A DNA stretch of 64,000 nucleotides from assembly GCA_963790475.1 (NCBI GenBank), contig CAWBOS010000013.1:416001-480000 (forward strand), in the 5' to 3' direction. The stretch is from an uncultured delta proteobacterium (lineage in GTDB: Bacteria > Desulfobacterota > RBG-13-43-22). How positions within the stretch are numbered: position 1 is the stretch's first letter; each line of letters begins with the position of its first letter. The notes below the pieces were generated by a model. The model was not told where the DNA came from. It saw nothing but the letters and a program-made list of their open reading frames with translations, and did no database searches. This document shows, piece after piece, positions 12,720 through 24,554 of the stretch. Made by a program: the position numbers and the translations under genes.

Positions 12720-12758
12720 TAAGCATTGAAAAAATACTCCTCGCGCCTATGGGAAAGG

Positions 12759-12846
12759 GCGAGAGTGGCGGAATTTGGTAGACGCACTGGACTTAGGATC
12801 CAGCCCTGGAAACAGGGTGGGGGTTCAAATCCCCCCTCTCGCACCA
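12759..12846 (+). tRNA. tRNA-Leu (anticodon TAG)
   Basis: GCGAGAG/CTCTCGC acceptor stem plus ACCA, anticodon arm CTGGA-CTTAGGA-TCCAG, long variable arm, GTTCAAATC T-loop; usual position before tig. Confidence 0.96.
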
Positions 12847-12992
12847 ACGAAAGACCAAATCGCAAGCAGGTCGGAGTAATGGGTGATGGTTTTGAAAAAA
12901 TAAATGCTCCAACATCCCATCAACTCCGGAAGCCAATTTTCAAAAACCACTAGAATCATTTTGGAAAGAATAAATAGATCCTGAAGGAATAA

Positions 12993-14282
12993 ATGACCAT
13001 GAAAGTACAGTTGGAAGACGTCTCTCCGATCAAGAAAAAGCTTACCGTTGAAGTGGAACCGGAACAGATCAGGAAGGAATGGGAATCAGTAGTAAAAGAG
13101 TTCAATAAAAAAGTTAAGTTAAAAGGGTTTCGGACCGGGAAGATTCCGGTTACCGTCCTGATAAAATACTACGGGCCCCAAATAGAAGAAGAAGTGGTTT
13201 CCCAGGTAATCAACCGCACCTATCCGGATGCCCTGAAAGAGACCGGGATCATCCCGATCACCCTGCCGGAGTTGGATTATCCTTCAGTAGATAAAGAAGC
13301 CCCTTTCATATATCGGGCCACGGTTGAACTCAAACCGGATATACCCATTTCCGAATACAAAGGTTTGGAAGTTAAAAAATTAGTGGTCAATATTACTGAA
13401 GACGATATTGAGAAGAGGCTTACCGCCATCCAGACCAACCATGGCGAGCTGGCTTCACTCGACGAGGACCGTCCGCTGAGAAAAGGAGATTTTGGAGTCA
13501 TTGATTATAAATCCTTTATGGATGGAGAAGAAGTGCCCGGTGGCTCGGCCAAAAACTTCGACCTCGAGGTGGGGGCCGGGTATTTCAATACCGAGTTTGA
13601 AAAAGAGTTGGAGGGGATGAGAAAAGGGGAAGAGAAAAACTTTGATATCGATTTTACGGAGGATTATGGAAATTCTTCTTTGGCCGGGAAAAAGGTTCAC
13701 TATGAAGTCCTACTCCGAGAGATCAAGACCAGAAACCTTCCGGAACTGAACGATTCCTTTGCCCAAAGCCTGGGGAAGGATTTTTCCTCTCTGGAAGATT
13801 TACGAAAGAAGATCCGCAACGACCTGGAACAAGAGGAAATTCGCAAGGCCGACTTGAAATTAAAAGAAGACCTGACCGATGGTCTGATTGCCAAAGCCGA
13901 ATTTGAGATTCCAGAAGCCTTGGTTAATCAGGAAATCCGCCAGATGATGATTCGGATAGAACAAGATTTGAGCCGTCAAGGACTTTCCTGGGAAAAAGCC
14001 GGACTTGAACCCAACAGCCTTATGGAAAGGTTTCGTCCTCCGGCCCAAAAACTGGCCCGAAAAAAATTGATCCTGGAGAAGGTTGCCCAATTGGAGTCTA
14101 TAACCGTCAGCCCGGAAGAGATCAATGAAGAACTCCAGCGGATCGCCCAAAACGTTAACCAGTCGGTAACCCTGGTTCGAGAAATATATAATAAAAATAA
14201 CTTAATGCCGGAATTGAACCAGCAGCTCCTTGAGGAAAAGACCTTGAATTTCCTTCAGGAGCATGCTACGATTCAAACCTAA
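12993..14282 (+). CDS. tig: Trigger factor
   Basis: GFRTGKIP ribosome-binding motif, FKBP domain, tig-clpP-clpX synteny. Confidence 0.96.
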   Translation: MTMKVQLEDVSPIKKKLTVEVEPEQIRKEWESVVKEFNKKVKLKGFRTGKIPVTVLIKYYGPQIEEEVVSQVINRTYPDALKETGIIPITLPELDYPSVDKEAPFIYRATVELKPDIPISEYKGLEVKKLVVNITEDDIEKRLTAIQTNHGELASLDEDRPLRKGDFGVIDYKSFMDGEEVPGGSAKNFDLEVGAGYFNTEFEKELEGMRKGEEKNFDIDFTEDYGNSSLAGKKVHYEVLLREIKTRNLPELNDSFAQSLGKDFSSLEDLRKKIRNDLEQEEIRKADLKLKEDLTDGLIAKAEFEIPEALVNQEIRQMMIRIEQDLSRQGLSWEKAGLEPNSLMERFRPPAQKLARKKLILEKVAQLESITVSPEEINEELQRIAQNVNQSVTLVREIYNKNNLMPELNQQLLEEKTLNFLQEHATIQT

Positions 14283-14296
14283 AGAAGGATTTAAAA

Positions 14297-14905
14297 ATGA
14301 CTTTAATACCCATCGTAGTTGAGCAGGATACCCGTGGCGAACGGGCCTATGATATCTATTCACGCCTGCTGAAAGACCGAATCATTTTTCTGGGGGCCCC
14401 CATAGATGATTATGTGGCCAACCTGATGATCGCCCAACTCCTTTTTCTTGAAGGCGATGACCCGGATAAAGATATCCATATGTACATCAATTCTCCGGGC
14501 GGTGTCGTTTCTTCCGGGTTGGCGATCTATGATACTATGGAATACATAAAACCGAACATTTCCACCCTCTGTCTGGGACAGGCCTCCAGTATGGCCGCTT
14601 TGTTATTGGCTGCCGGGACCAAAGGGATGCGCTATGCCCTGCCCCACTCCCGGATTCTCATCCATCAACCTTTAGGCGGGGTTCAAGGCCAGGCCACGGA
14701 TGTAGGCATTCAGGCCCGGGAAATGCTGCGGATCAAGGAGGAATTGAATCAAGTTTTGGTGGATCATACCGGCCAGCCTTATGATAAAATTGAAAAAGAC
14801 ACTGACCGGGATTTTTACATGACCGGTGCCCAGGCCAAAGATTATGGTATTGTCGACTATGTCATTTCCAAAAGAGAAGAAATAACGGGTTTAATCAAAC
14901 CATAA
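14297..14905 (+). CDS. clpP: ATP-dependent Clp protease proteolytic subunit
   Basis: [24 protein letters not shown]. Confidence 0.98.
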   Translation: MTLIPIVVEQDTRGERAYDIYSRLLKDRIIFLGAPIDDYVANLMIAQLLFLEGDDPDKDIHMYINSPGGVVSSGLAIYDTMEYIKPNISTLCLGQASSMAALLLAAGTKGMRYALPHSRILIHQPLGGVQGQATDVGIQAREMLRIKEELNQVLVDHTGQPYDKIEKDTDRDFYMTGAQAKDYGIVDYVISKREEITGLIKP

Positions 14906-14964
14906 TGAACGTTTAAGATGTCCACCCCATAATCACCATTAATTAATTTTGAGGTAACCTATAA

Positions 14965-16224
14965 ATGAACAAAAGAGGAGACGGTAAAGGAAAGGGGAGC
15001 GACTTGTTGTGCTCCTTTTGTGGCAAGAGTCAGGATGAAGTAAAAAAACTTATTGCCGGACCATCGGTTTATATCTGTGATGAATGTATCGGCCTTTGTA
15101 ATGAAATCATTGCCGAAGAATATGAAAAGGAAGAGGCCCATCTCGGAGAGAAGATTCCCCGGCCGGCGGATATTAAAGGAATTTTAGATAATTATGTGAT
15201 CGAGCAGGAAAAGGCCAAAAAAATTCTTTCCGTGGCCGTTCATAATCATTTCCGGAGGCTCGACAACAAAATAGATTTGGAAGGGGTCGAGTTGCAGAAA
15301 AGCAACATCCTTTTGATCGGCCCTACCGGGTCAGGGAAAACGCTTCTGGCCCAAACCCTGGCTAAAATTTTGAAAGTCCCTTTTACCATAGCCGACGCGA
15401 CCACCTTGACCGAGGCCGGATATGTGGGAGAGGATGTGGAGAACATCATCCTTAATTTGCTTCAAGCGGCCGATTACGATGTGGAACGGGCCTGCCGGGG
15501 GATCGTCTACATAGATGAAATCGATAAGATAGCACGAAAATCAGAAAACCCCTCCATCACCCGTGACGTCTCCGGAGAAGGGGTCCAACAGGCCTTGTTA
15601 AAAATCATCGAAGGGACCCTGGCCAGCGTCCCCCCTAAAGGAGGCCGTAAGCATCCTCAACAGGAATTTGTCAAGGTGGATACTACCAACATCCTTTTTA
15701 TATGCGGCGGGGCCTTTAATGGGCTGGATAAGATTGTTCAGACTCGAAGCGGGGCTAAGGTCATGGGATTTGGGGCCGATATTCGCAAGCAATCGGAAAA
15801 GAAACGCCTAGGTGAAATACTGGATGAGGTCCAACCCCAAGATCTCCTCCGTTTCGGTCTGATCCCTGAATTTATTGGGCGATTGCCGGTCATCGCCACC
15901 TTGGACGAATTAAGCGAAGAAGCCCTGGTTCGCATCCTGACTGAACCTAAGAATGCCATCGTCCGTCAATATCAAAAACTTTTTGAAATGCAGCGGGTGG
16001 ATTTAAAATTTACCGATGGAGCCATCAAGGCCGTCGCCCGGGAAGCCCTGAAAAGAAAATCCGGAGCCAGGGGACTTCGTTCCATCCTGGAAAAAGCCAT
16101 GCTGGATATCATGTTTGAAATCCCCTCCTTGAAAAATGTTCAGGAATGCGTGATTAGTGAAGAAGTCATTCTTCATAATGAATCCCCCATTCTTTTATTT
16201 GAAAATCAGGCCGAATCGGCCTAG
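14965..16224 (+). CDS. clpX: ATP-dependent Clp protease ATP-binding subunit ClpX
   Basis: CSFCGK zinc finger, [14 protein letters not shown]. Confidence 0.98.
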   Translation: MNKRGDGKGKGSDLLCSFCGKSQDEVKKLIAGPSVYICDECIGLCNEIIAEEYEKEEAHLGEKIPRPADIKGILDNYVIEQEKAKKILSVAVHNHFRRLDNKIDLEGVELQKSNILLIGPTGSGKTLLAQTLAKILKVPFTIADATTLTEAGYVGEDVENIILNLLQAADYDVERACRGIVYIDEIDKIARKSENPSITRDVSGEGVQQALLKIIEGTLASVPPKGGRKHPQQEFVKVDTTNILFICGGAFNGLDKIVQTRSGAKVMGFGADIRKQSEKKRLGEILDEVQPQDLLRFGLIPEFIGRLPVIATLDELSEEALVRILTEPKNAIVRQYQKLFEMQRVDLKFTDGAIKAVAREALKRKSGARGLRSILEKAMLDIMFEIPSLKNVQECVISEEVILHNESPILLFENQAESA

Positions 16225-16391
16225 GAACAAGTCGGGCCGGAGATTAACGACCGGCGAGGGAATAATTCCCTGATCCACTAAATTTTTTCTTAAAGAATCG
16301 CTCATCCGAACCGAAAACAAGAAGGAAGTGAAACTTTCAGACGAGCGATAGATATATATAATCTATTTTTTATTAAAAGGAACAAATTAAA

Positions 16392-18839
16392 ATGGCCGTA
16401 TTTTCTAAAAGCGAAGAAAGAGGAGAAGGCGATGGCTTAACCCAGGTCATCCCCGTACTCCCCTTAAGAGATATTGTTGTTTTTCCAGGTATGGTAGCTC
16501 CTTTATTCGTAGGTCGGGAAAAATCTATTCAGGCCCTCGAATACAGTATGTCTCTGGAAAAGGATATCCTTTTATTAACCCAACGCAACGCCAAGGTGGA
16601 CGAACCTTCGGAGAGAGATCTCTATCAGATCGGGACGGCAGGAAGTATCCTGCAGATGCTGCGTCTTCCTGACGGAACCGTCAAGGTCCTGATCGAAGGA
16701 CGGTTTCGAGCCAAAGTGGGGCGATACCTCCCCAACCGAGCCTTTTATCTGGCTGAGGTGGAAAAGATACAGGATACCATCCCCAACCCTTTTGAACTGG
16801 AGGCCCTGATCCGCACCGTCAAACAAAGCTTTGAGGCCTATCAGAAATTGAATAAGAAAATCCCCCAGGAATTGGTCCAGACGATCAATGGGCTGGAAGA
16901 CCCGGTGCGCCTAGTGGATTCCATTGCTCCCCATCTGGGTGCTAAAATCGAACAGAAGCAAGAACTTCTGGAATTGAACCAGATGAATCGAAAACTGGAA
17001 AAACTCTATGAATTTATGCGCGGGGAAATGGAAATCCTGGAAATTGAACAGCGCATCAAGGGACGGGTCAAAAAGCAGATGGAAAAGACCCAAAAAGACT
17101 ATTACCTCAATGAGCAGATCCGGGCCATTCAGAAAGAAATGGGCGAGCAGGATGATTTCAAAAGTGAAATCCAGGAACTGGAAAAAAAGATCAAACAGAA
17201 GAGGATGTCCAGAGAAGCCACCACCAAAGTTCGAGCGGAGTTGAAAAAACTGAAAATGATGTCCCCCATGTCCGCCGAAGCCACAGTGGTCCGAAATTAT
17301 ATCGACTGGATTATTGGCCTGCCCTGGTTTAATCGGACCAAGGATAAACTGGATATTGATGCCGCGGAAAAAATCCTTAATGAAGACCATTACGGACTGG
17401 AAAAACCCAAGGAAAGAATACTGGAATACCTGGCCGTTCAAAGCCTGGTAAAAAAAATAAAAGGGCCCATCCTTTGTTTCGTCGGACCTCCGGGCGTGGG
17501 CAAAACCTCGGTGGCCAAATCCATCGCCCGGGCCACAGGGAGGAATTTTATTCGGGTTTCCTTAGGTGGGGTCAGGGATGAAGCCGAAATCCGCGGACAC
17601 CGCCGGACCTATATCGGGGCCTTGCCGGGAAAAATAATTCAATCCCTGAAAAAAGCCAAAACGAACAATCCGGTCTTCTGCCTGGATGAAGTGGATAAGA
17701 TGAGCACCGACTTCCGGGGAGATCCTTCGGCCGCTTTGCTGGAGGTCCTTGACCCGGAACAGAATTTTGCCTTTAGTGATCATTACCTGGATATGGATTA
17801 CGATCTTTCCGAGGTCTTCTTTATCACCACCGCCAATACCCTTTATTCCATTCCCCTGCCCTTGCAGGATCGGATGGAGATCATCCGCCTTCCCGGATAT
17901 ACCGAACCGGAAAAACTGCAGATCGCCCGTCAGTTCCTGATCAAAAAGCAGGAGGAGGCCAACGGGTTGACTTCAGAGAACATTCATTTCACTGACAATG
18001 CCTTGTTGACGGTTATACGGCTGTACACCAGGGAATCCGGGGTCCGAAACCTGGAGCGGGAAATAGCGACCTTATGTCGCAAGGTGGCTAAAGAAGTCGT
18101 TCGCCGGGGCAAAGAAACCCGCGTAGAAATCAATTCCAATAAGGTACAAAAATATTTAGGGGTCCCCAAATTCCGTTACGGGGAGACCGAAGAAAAAGAT
18201 GAGATAGGGATCACTACCGGCCTGGCCTGGACTGAGGTAGGCGGCGAATTGCTACTTACCGAGGTCGTTTTGATGCCCGGAAAAGGCAAATTGATCATTA
18301 GTGGAAGATTGGGAGAGGTCATGCAGGAATCGGCCCAGGCCGCCTTAAGCTATGTCCGTTCCCGGGCCGAACGTTTGAACCTGCCAAGAAATTTTTATAA
18401 TAAGATGGATATCCATATCCATATCCCGGAGGGAGCCACTCCCAAAGACGGGCCGTCGGCCGGCATTACCATTGCGACTTCAATCGTTTCCGCCTTGCTC
18501 CGCAAACCCGTTAAGAGAAAAACGGCCATGACCGGCGAAATCACCTTGCGCGGCCGGGTACTGCCCATCGGGGGACTGAAAGAAAAGATTATTGCCGCCC
18601 ATCGAGGCAAAGTCCAAACGGTGATCATCCCCAAAGAAAATGAGAAAGATCTGAAAGAAATCCCACCTCGGATTTTAAAGGCTTTGGAAATTATTTCCGT
18701 GGAACATATGGATGAGGTATTGAAATCGGCCCTGGTGGTTGATGATCCGGAACTCTTATTCAAAGAAACAACGGAGGAGACCACGCCTCCCTTCTTCCAC
18801 GAAGAAGCCCCGGTCCTTCCGGAAATGACCGCCCATTGA
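16392..18839 (+). CDS. lon: Endopeptidase La (Lon)
   Basis: LPLRD N-domain, [16 protein letters not shown] catalytic Ser. Confidence 0.98.
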   Translation: MAVFSKSEERGEGDGLTQVIPVLPLRDIVVFPGMVAPLFVGREKSIQALEYSMSLEKDILLLTQRNAKVDEPSERDLYQIGTAGSILQMLRLPDGTVKVLIEGRFRAKVGRYLPNRAFYLAEVEKIQDTIPNPFELEALIRTVKQSFEAYQKLNKKIPQELVQTINGLEDPVRLVDSIAPHLGAKIEQKQELLELNQMNRKLEKLYEFMRGEMEILEIEQRIKGRVKKQMEKTQKDYYLNEQIRAIQKEMGEQDDFKSEIQELEKKIKQKRMSREATTKVRAELKKLKMMSPMSAEATVVRNYIDWIIGLPWFNRTKDKLDIDAAEKILNEDHYGLEKPKERILEYLAVQSLVKKIKGPILCFVGPPGVGKTSVAKSIARATGRNFIRVSLGGVRDEAEIRGHRRTYIGALPGKIIQSLKKAKTNNPVFCLDEVDKMSTDFRGDPSAALLEVLDPEQNFAFSDHYLDMDYDLSEVFFITTANTLYSIPLPLQDRMEIIRLPGYTEPEKLQIARQFLIKKQEEANGLTSENIHFTDNALLTVIRLYTRESGVRNLEREIATLCRKVAKEVVRRGKETRVEINSNKVQKYLGVPKFRYGETEEKDEIGITTGLAWTEVGGELLLTEVVLMPGKGKLIISGRLGEVMQESAQAALSYVRSRAERLNLPRNFYNKMDIHIHIPEGATPKDGPSAGITIATSIVSALLRKPVKRKTAMTGEITLRGRVLPIGGLKEKIIAAHRGKVQTVIIPKENEKDLKEIPPRILKALEIISVEHMDEVLKSALVVDDPELLFKETTEETTPPFFHEEAPVLPEMTAH

Positions 18840-18910
18840 AATCAAGGGCCCTGGCACCTCCCCGTCAGGAAAGGAGAGTTTATACCCCAGGCAAGGGGGT
18901 ATAAACTCTT

Positions 18911-19618
18911 ATGAAAAAAACAATAGGGATCAGTGTCCTTTTTTTAATCTTTTTTGGTCTGGCCCTTTACCTACTGGTTTTCCACAGCGACGTCTATCTT
19001 ACCTTTTTGGACCGGAAACGGTTAGCCGAATTTGTCAAATCCTACGGAAGTTTTTCACCCCTAATCTTTGTGTCCCTCCAAATTTTTCAAGTCCTGTTTG
19101 CTCCCATCCCCGGTGAGGTCACCGGATTTATCGGCGGATTTCTTTATGGGAATTTTTTCGGGATCCTGTATTCGACCATCGGGTTGGGCGTGGGTTCCTG
19201 GCTGGCTTTTATTTTCGCCCGCTGGGCCGGACAACCCCTGGTAGAACGGATAGTCAGCTATAAGACTATCCAGCGCTATGATTATCTGATGGCCCATCAG
19301 GGGGCCTGGATCGCCTTTTTACTTTTTCTAATTCCCGGCTTTCCCAAAGACTATTTGTGTTACATCTTGGGATTGGGACACATGGGTCTGAGGACCTTCC
19401 TGGTCATATCCACGGCCGGACGTTTTTTAGGGACCGTTATGCTGACCTTTCAAGGGCATTTAGTTCGGGAAAAAAATTATTGGGTCTTGGGAATTTTCAT
19501 TGGACTTTCGCTTCTTGCAGTATTGATCGCCTACTTGCTCAGGGGGAAATTAGAGGCCTATTTTAAAAAACATCGGAAACCGCTAATCCATCCCAAGATC
19601 CGATCTCCGAGGATTTAG
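18911..19618 (+). CDS. TVP38/TMEM64 (VTT/DedA-like) membrane protein
   Basis: LQ...APIPG..GF.YG and LIPGFPKD...Y..G patterns. Confidence 0.8.
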   Translation: MKKTIGISVLFLIFFGLALYLLVFHSDVYLTFLDRKRLAEFVKSYGSFSPLIFVSLQIFQVLFAPIPGEVTGFIGGFLYGNFFGILYSTIGLGVGSWLAFIFARWAGQPLVERIVSYKTIQRYDYLMAHQGAWIAFLLFLIPGFPKDYLCYILGLGHMGLRTFLVISTAGRFLGTVMLTFQGHLVREKNYWVLGIFIGLSLLAVLIAYLLRGKLEAYFKKHRKPLIHPKIRSPRI

Positions 19619-20331
19619 ATCCAGTCCCTTTTTTTCTCCTCCACTTTGCTTAAAAAGATCAATTGCCTTTCCTGCTCCAAAAAAGGCAGCATCAAAACAA
19701 TCGGTTTTTCTATTCGAAATCCTCTTTCCTGGATCTGTGATCTTAAAAGGGAAATCTCTTCAGACCCTTGCCGGCCTTTCATCAATAATAACCTCCCCCC
19801 GTAAGGCAGGTAAGGATACACCCGGGATAACAGGTCGACCAAATTCCCGACAGCCCTGGCAACGATTACCTCGAAAGAGTCGCTATCCAATAATTTTGGG
19901 GGGCCTTGCCCCAGATAGGTCTGATAGATAGAAATGGAGTTCAGCCCCAAATGACGGGCCGCTTCTTTTAGAAAACTGACTTTTTTGGCCGAGGCCTCGA
20001 TTAAGGTTACTGGTTGAGTCGGACGGACGATCTTGATCGGCAGGCCCGGGAATCCGGCCCCTGATCCCAGGTCTAATAGCCGCGTTTTTTCGGAAAAATA
20101 GGGTATGGGGGTAAGGGAATCCAAAAAATGCTTGATAATAATCTCTCGACAGGACCTAAGCCCTGTCAGATTGATATGCCGGTTCCATTTGTCCAATAAA
20201 GTCAGGTAAGACATGAACTGATCCACCTGGTAAAGGGATAAGGATAAGCCTAAGGCCTCTGCTCCCTGTACCAGCAAAGGTTTGGCTTCCTCTGGGCTGA
20301 TGTCTTTTTGGATGGCGGACTTTTGAATCAT
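19615..20331 (-). CDS. rsmG: 16S rRNA m7G527 methyltransferase RsmG
   Basis: WN..INLT, HFLDSL, DLGSGAGFPG; start overlaps the mnmE stop (ATGA). Confidence 0.95.
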   Translation of the reverse strand: MIQKSAIQKDISPEEAKPLLVQGAEALGLSLSLYQVDQFMSYLTLLDKWNRHINLTGLRSCREIIIKHFLDSLTPIPYFSEKTRLLDLGSGAGFPGLPIKIVRPTQPVTLIEASAKKVSFLKEAARHLGLNSISIYQTYLGQGPPKLLDSDSFEVIVARAVGNLVDLLSRVYPYLPYGGRLLLMKGRQGSEEISLLRSQIQERGFRIEKPIVLMLPFLEQERQLIFLSKVEEKKRDWI

Positions 20332-21710
20332 TTCCCGATACAAAAACGGCTGAAGACCCGGTCCAGCACATCTTCGCTGGTAGTTGTTCCGATCAATGGA
20401 CCTAGTTCCTCCAGGGCTTTTTGAAGATCGAGGGCGATAAATTCAGGGGACAGGTTTTGTTCACTCAGTTGATAGGCCCTGGATAAGGAAACCACCATCT
20501 GTTCGAAAATTTGTTTTTGTCTGAGAGTGGGCATGAGGTCAGGCAAGGTCTCAGGGGCATGCGTTTGGAGAAAGAGTTCATGAAGCTTCTCTTGCAATGT
20601 TTCGATCCCTTGACCATAACGGGCCGAGATGGAAACCGTCTCCCGACCCGGGAATCTATTCTGGATGTCTTCTGAAGAGACTACCGAAGGGAGGTCCATT
20701 TTATTGAGCACGACCAACAACGGTTTATCCCCGATTTCTTGAAAGATGGCCCGGTCTTCCTCTTCGAGCAAACGGGAGGTATCAACCAAAAATAAAACGA
20801 TCTGGGCCTCTCTGACTTTTCCCCTGGTCCGCTGGATCCCGGCCTCTTCCACTTCATCCCTGGCCCGCCGAATCCCGGCGGTATCCACCAGGCGGAATGC
20901 CAGGCCCTGGAGAAGGATGGTTTCCTCAATGGTATCCCGCGTGGTCCCCGGGATGGGTGTGACAATGGCCCGCTCTTCTTTTAGAAGTTTATTCAACAGG
21001 CTGGATTTCCCGACATTAGGTTTGCCGACAATGACCAGGGAAAGCCCTTCTCGAAAGGGGCGTCCATCTTCGTAAGCCTGGATAAGTTGTGTTAACGGCC
21101 TTAAGACCCGGTCTTGAAGGTGCCGATTCCATTCTTCGCGATCCAAGATTTCCAGTTCCTCTTCAGGAAAATCGATTGCCGCCTCCAGTTGGGCCAACAA
21201 AGACAAGAGTTCTTCCTGGACACCTTTTAAAAGTTGTCGTAAATCTCCCTGGAGAAGCTTGTTGGCCTTCTCCAAAGCCTGGTCGGTTTGGGCCTGAATC
21301 AGTTCAATGATACCTTCGGCTTGGGTCAGATCGATCCGTCCATTTAAGAAAGCCCTCAGGGTGAACTCCCCGGGTTCGGCCAGACGGGCACCTCGCCCCA
21401 AGATCAGTTCCAGGACCTTTTTCAGGACTAACGGTCCGCTGTGGCAGTTAATTTCGATTATATCTTCCCGGGTGTAGGTTTGGGGGGCCTTCATATAGGT
21501 CACCAGGGTTTGATCCACAACCGTTCCTCTAACAGGATCGATGATGTTCCCCAGAGTCAGATGATGAGACGGAAAGGCCTCCCAGGAAGAGACAGAGGGG
21601 AAAAGGGGTTGGACAATGGCCACTGCCCGGGGACCGCTGATCCGGATGATTCCGATACCCCCTACTCCCACCGGGGTGGAGATTGCGGCAATGGTGTCAT
21701 GATTGGACAT
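20328..21710 (-). CDS. mnmE: tRNA modification GTPase MnmE (TrmE)
   Basis: DTIAAISTP, GKPNVGKSS, DTAG, C-terminal FCIGK. Confidence 0.98.
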   Translation of the reverse strand: MSNHDTIAAISTPVGVGGIGIIRISGPRAVAIVQPLFPSVSSWEAFPSHHLTLGNIIDPVRGTVVDQTLVTYMKAPQTYTREDIIEINCHSGPLVLKKVLELILGRGARLAEPGEFTLRAFLNGRIDLTQAEGIIELIQAQTDQALEKANKLLQGDLRQLLKGVQEELLSLLAQLEAAIDFPEEELEILDREEWNRHLQDRVLRPLTQLIQAYEDGRPFREGLSLVIVGKPNVGKSSLLNKLLKEERAIVTPIPGTTRDTIEETILLQGLAFRLVDTAGIRRARDEVEEAGIQRTRGKVREAQIVLFLVDTSRLLEEEDRAIFQEIGDKPLLVVLNKMDLPSVVSSEDIQNRFPGRETVSISARYGQGIETLQEKLHELFLQTHAPETLPDLMPTLRQKQIFEQMVVSLSRAYQLSEQNLSPEFIALDLQKALEELGPLIGTTTSEDVLDRVFSRFCIGK

Positions 21711-21720
21711 CTTTGAAACA

Positions 21721-21876
21721 AAGGTTCAAGGTATAAGGTGAAAGGTTTACGGTTTAAGGAAAAAAGTCTGATATCAAGATTGTCAGGATTATTAGAAAAA
21801 CTTTGCGTTTTGCACTTTGAATTTTATATTTTGAATTTGAAATCTTGAACCCTATACCTTGGACCTTATACCGTTT
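21721..21876. repeat. Heptamer inverted-arm cassette (AGGTNNA/CTTNNAC) between jag and mnmE, with a nested ANTTTGN array
   Basis: aggttca-aggtata-aggtgaa-aggttta-cggttta ... cttgaac-cctatac-cttggac-cttatac. Confidence 0.75.
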
Positions 21877-22615
21877 ATATTTCCGGTTCGGGGATGGGTT
21901 CTTCGGAACGATCTTTCTTAACCGCAAAAATGACCATTTTTTTCAATTGCCCCTCTCCCCGGCTAATGGTTTTGAGACTCTTATCTTTTTCCAGGGTCAA
22001 ATGAACGATGCGACGATCATGGGCATTTAAAGGACTTATAACCACCGGTTTGCCGGTCAGCTTGGCTTTGGCAGCCATCTTAAGGGCCACTTCCTCCAGA
22101 TAGCTCTTCCGGCGGCTCCGGTAGTCCCCGCTATCCAGAACGACTTTTGTTTTATCAGGGCCTTTTCGATTCAAGATCCGGGTGATTAAATACTGCAGGG
22201 CATCCAGGTTTTGCCCTCTTCGACCGATCAGGAGCCCACTGGCCTCCCCCTCGATCTTGATGTGAATGGTTTCCCTTTCTTTTTCGACCTGAAGGGTGGC
22301 TTCTAATCCCATCAGTTTCAGAAGGTCTTGAGTCAGGGTTTTAGCTTCTTCAACCCTATCAACTTCAGACGGCAAAACAGACAAAGAATCAGACATGATT
22401 GGGGTGGGGGGTTGGGTTTCGGGAACTATCTCCAGCAAATCTTTTTTAATCGTGGCCCGAACCCTGGCCTTTTTGGAACCCATGAGGCCGAAGATTCCGG
22501 TGGAGCCGGAATTGAGGACTTCTATCTCTAATTTTTCTCTGGGAACATTCAATTGATTACAGGCTGCCTCAACCGCCTCTTCGACGGATTTTCCTTCTGT
22601 TTCAAGGGATGCCAT
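21875..22615 (-). CDS. jag: RNA-binding protein Jag/KhpB (EloR)
   Basis: Jag_N, KH (LIGRRGQNLDALQYL) and R3H (RRIVH) domains. Confidence 0.93.
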   Translation of the reverse strand: MASLETEGKSVEEAVEAACNQLNVPREKLEIEVLNSGSTGIFGLMGSKKARVRATIKKDLLEIVPETQPPTPIMSDSLSVLPSEVDRVEEAKTLTQDLLKLMGLEATLQVEKERETIHIKIEGEASGLLIGRRGQNLDALQYLITRILNRKGPDKTKVVLDSGDYRSRRKSYLEEVALKMAAKAKLTGKPVVISPLNAHDRRIVHLTLEKDKSLKTISRGEGQLKKMVIFAVKKDRSEEPIPEPEI

Positions 22616-22637
22616 GAGTCATCACCTCCGCTTTTGA

Positions 22638-24290
22638 TCAGTTGACATACTTGTTGATATAATATTGTTGCCCGATAGAAAGGACATTATTGACCAACCA
22701 ATATAAGACCAGACCGGCAGCAAAATTAATAAACATAAAAGTGAAAATAACCGGCAAAAAAAGCATCATCTTAGCTTGGGTCGGATCGCCCGTGGTCGGG
22801 GTCATCTTTTGCTGAATAAACATCGAAGCCCCCATGAGTAAAGTTAAAACCGGTATTCCATTGCCGACGTAAGGAATTGGGATTCCTATTGATAAGCGGT
22901 CCGGGGCCGAAAGATCATTTATCCACAGAAAAAACGGGGCATGCCGGAGTTCAATGGCATAGCCCAATAAACTATAAAGGGCGAAAAAAACCGGAATCTG
23001 AATGATCATCGGCAGACACCCCCCCAGGGGGTTGACCTTGTAGGTTTTATAAAGGGCCATCGTCTCCTGATTCAGTTTTTCCTTATTATCTTTATATTTT
23101 TCCCTTAGCTTGGCTATTTTCGGTTGAATTTTTTGCATGTCCTTCATGGACTTGTAGCTTTTATGGGTCAAAGGCCAAAATAGAATTTTGACCAGTATGG
23201 TCAGGAGGATAATTGACCAGCCGTAATTGTGCAGAAATCCATTAAAAAAACGTAATACCCATAATAACGGCTTGGAGACAATGTCGAAAAAGCCGAAATT
23301 GACCGCTTTTTCCAGATCCAATCCCAAAGGTTGCAATATCTGGGTGTCTCTTGGCCCGAAATACACCGCGTACCGAATCCGTTTTTGTTCTTTGGGAGCC
23401 AAAGTCCAGGGTGGAGCCACAAAGGTCATTTTTAAAAATTCCGGGGCCGGTTTGGAAATTTTGAGACTGACAATCTGTTGCTCTTCCAGGGGAGCTATTG
23501 CCCCCATGAAATAAGTGTCGGCCAGGGCACCCCATTTGATCTTTCCGGTCAGCACCTCTTCTTTGTCGATCTTCCCCAAAGGTGTTTGTTTGTATTTATC
23601 GTCAATGAACCGCAAAGCCCCATGAAAAGCGCGTGAATTGTCGGATGAAGGGGGAAACCGGTTTTCCAGCACCAGGGCCAGATTATCGTCCAGAGGCTGA
23701 GCGGTGTTATTGATCACCTGAACATCCAAATCGATCCGGTAGGAATCGTTGGACAGGGTATAATTCTTAATGATGGTCAGACCCTGCTTGGAAGTCCAGC
23801 GAAAAGACAACGTGCCTTTAGGTTGTTCGGGACTTAGAATCAGCGAGTCTTTGTTGGCCGCAAACAGGGCCTGGGTGATTTCCGGCTGAGATTTTTTTAT
23901 CCACTCCAATTGCAAGGGGGAGGATGCCGGTTGATCGGCATGAATCAATTCTTTGGGATCTTTTTCTCCCAATTTTTCTTTGTAAGCAGTCAATTTGAGG
24001 CTTTTTAAAACGGCGCCTTCTTCTGAAAAAATGGCTTCAAACCATTTGGTCTTAACAACGATATCCCTGCCTATTTTTTCAGGGAGAGCCGTCTTCACCT
24101 CAGCAGGGGTAGCCGGTGTCTCAGTCGCCGAAGAAGGCTGCTGGATCGTGGGAGATTCCTTCTGAGCTGGAACCGTTTGAACGCCCTGATCCTTTGGGGG
24201 CCTTATCGGCTCCTTAGGACTGAAAAACAGGAAGTAGGCGCCAAAAACCGCCATAGATAGTAAAAAAGCTATAATTGCATTTTTTTCCAT
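22638..24290 (-). CDS. yidC: Membrane protein insertase YidC
   Basis: NPLGGCLP, PFFLWINDLS, LYWLVNN. Confidence 0.97.
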   Translation of the reverse strand: MEKNAIIAFLLSMAVFGAYFLFFSPKEPIRPPKDQGVQTVPAQKESPTIQQPSSATETPATPAEVKTALPEKIGRDIVVKTKWFEAIFSEEGAVLKSLKLTAYKEKLGEKDPKELIHADQPASSPLQLEWIKKSQPEITQALFAANKDSLILSPEQPKGTLSFRWTSKQGLTIIKNYTLSNDSYRIDLDVQVINNTAQPLDDNLALVLENRFPPSSDNSRAFHGALRFIDDKYKQTPLGKIDKEEVLTGKIKWGALADTYFMGAIAPLEEQQIVSLKISKPAPEFLKMTFVAPPWTLAPKEQKRIRYAVYFGPRDTQILQPLGLDLEKAVNFGFFDIVSKPLLWVLRFFNGFLHNYGWSIILLTILVKILFWPLTHKSYKSMKDMQKIQPKIAKLREKYKDNKEKLNQETMALYKTYKVNPLGGCLPMIIQIPVFFALYSLLGYAIELRHAPFFLWINDLSAPDRLSIGIPIPYVGNGIPVLTLLMGASMFIQQKMTPTTGDPTQAKMMLFLPVIFTFMFINFAAGLVLYWLVNNVLSIGQQYYINKYVN

Positions 24291-24320
24291 AAAAACTCCA
24301 AAAAATAGAGAGAAATGTCC

Positions 24321-24554
24321 TTAGGGTAATGGATCCAATCCGCCCGAACAGAAAGGATGGCATCTCCCAATCCTTTTCAAGGACAGAAATAATCCCTTGA
24401 TTAACCCATATGTTTGAATAGCCTGGAAAGAGTATTCAGAACAGGTGGGGTAAAACCGGCAGGAAGACGGAAAAAGGGGGGATAGGATTTTTTGATACAC
24501 CCGTATCCCGCATAAAAAAAATCCCTGAAGGACATGGACCAAGAGTCCCATCAA
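24321..24554 (-). CDS. yidD: Membrane protein insertion efficiency factor YidD
   Basis: CRFYPTCSEY, RCHPF..GG.DP. Confidence 0.95.
   Translation of the reverse strand: MMGLLVHVLQGFFLCGIRVYQKILSPLFPSSCRFYPTCSEYSFQAIQTYGLIKGLFLSLKRIGRCHPFCSGGLDPLP

Noticed and set aside
12759-12990. tRNA-Leu as an integration site for an island or prophage
   Set aside because: No integrase, no duplicated tRNA 3' end seen, and tig follows directly.
16297-16350. Imperfect hairpin ATCGCTC...GAGCGAT in the clpX-lon spacer
   Set aside because: A single unremarkable stem with no evidence of function.
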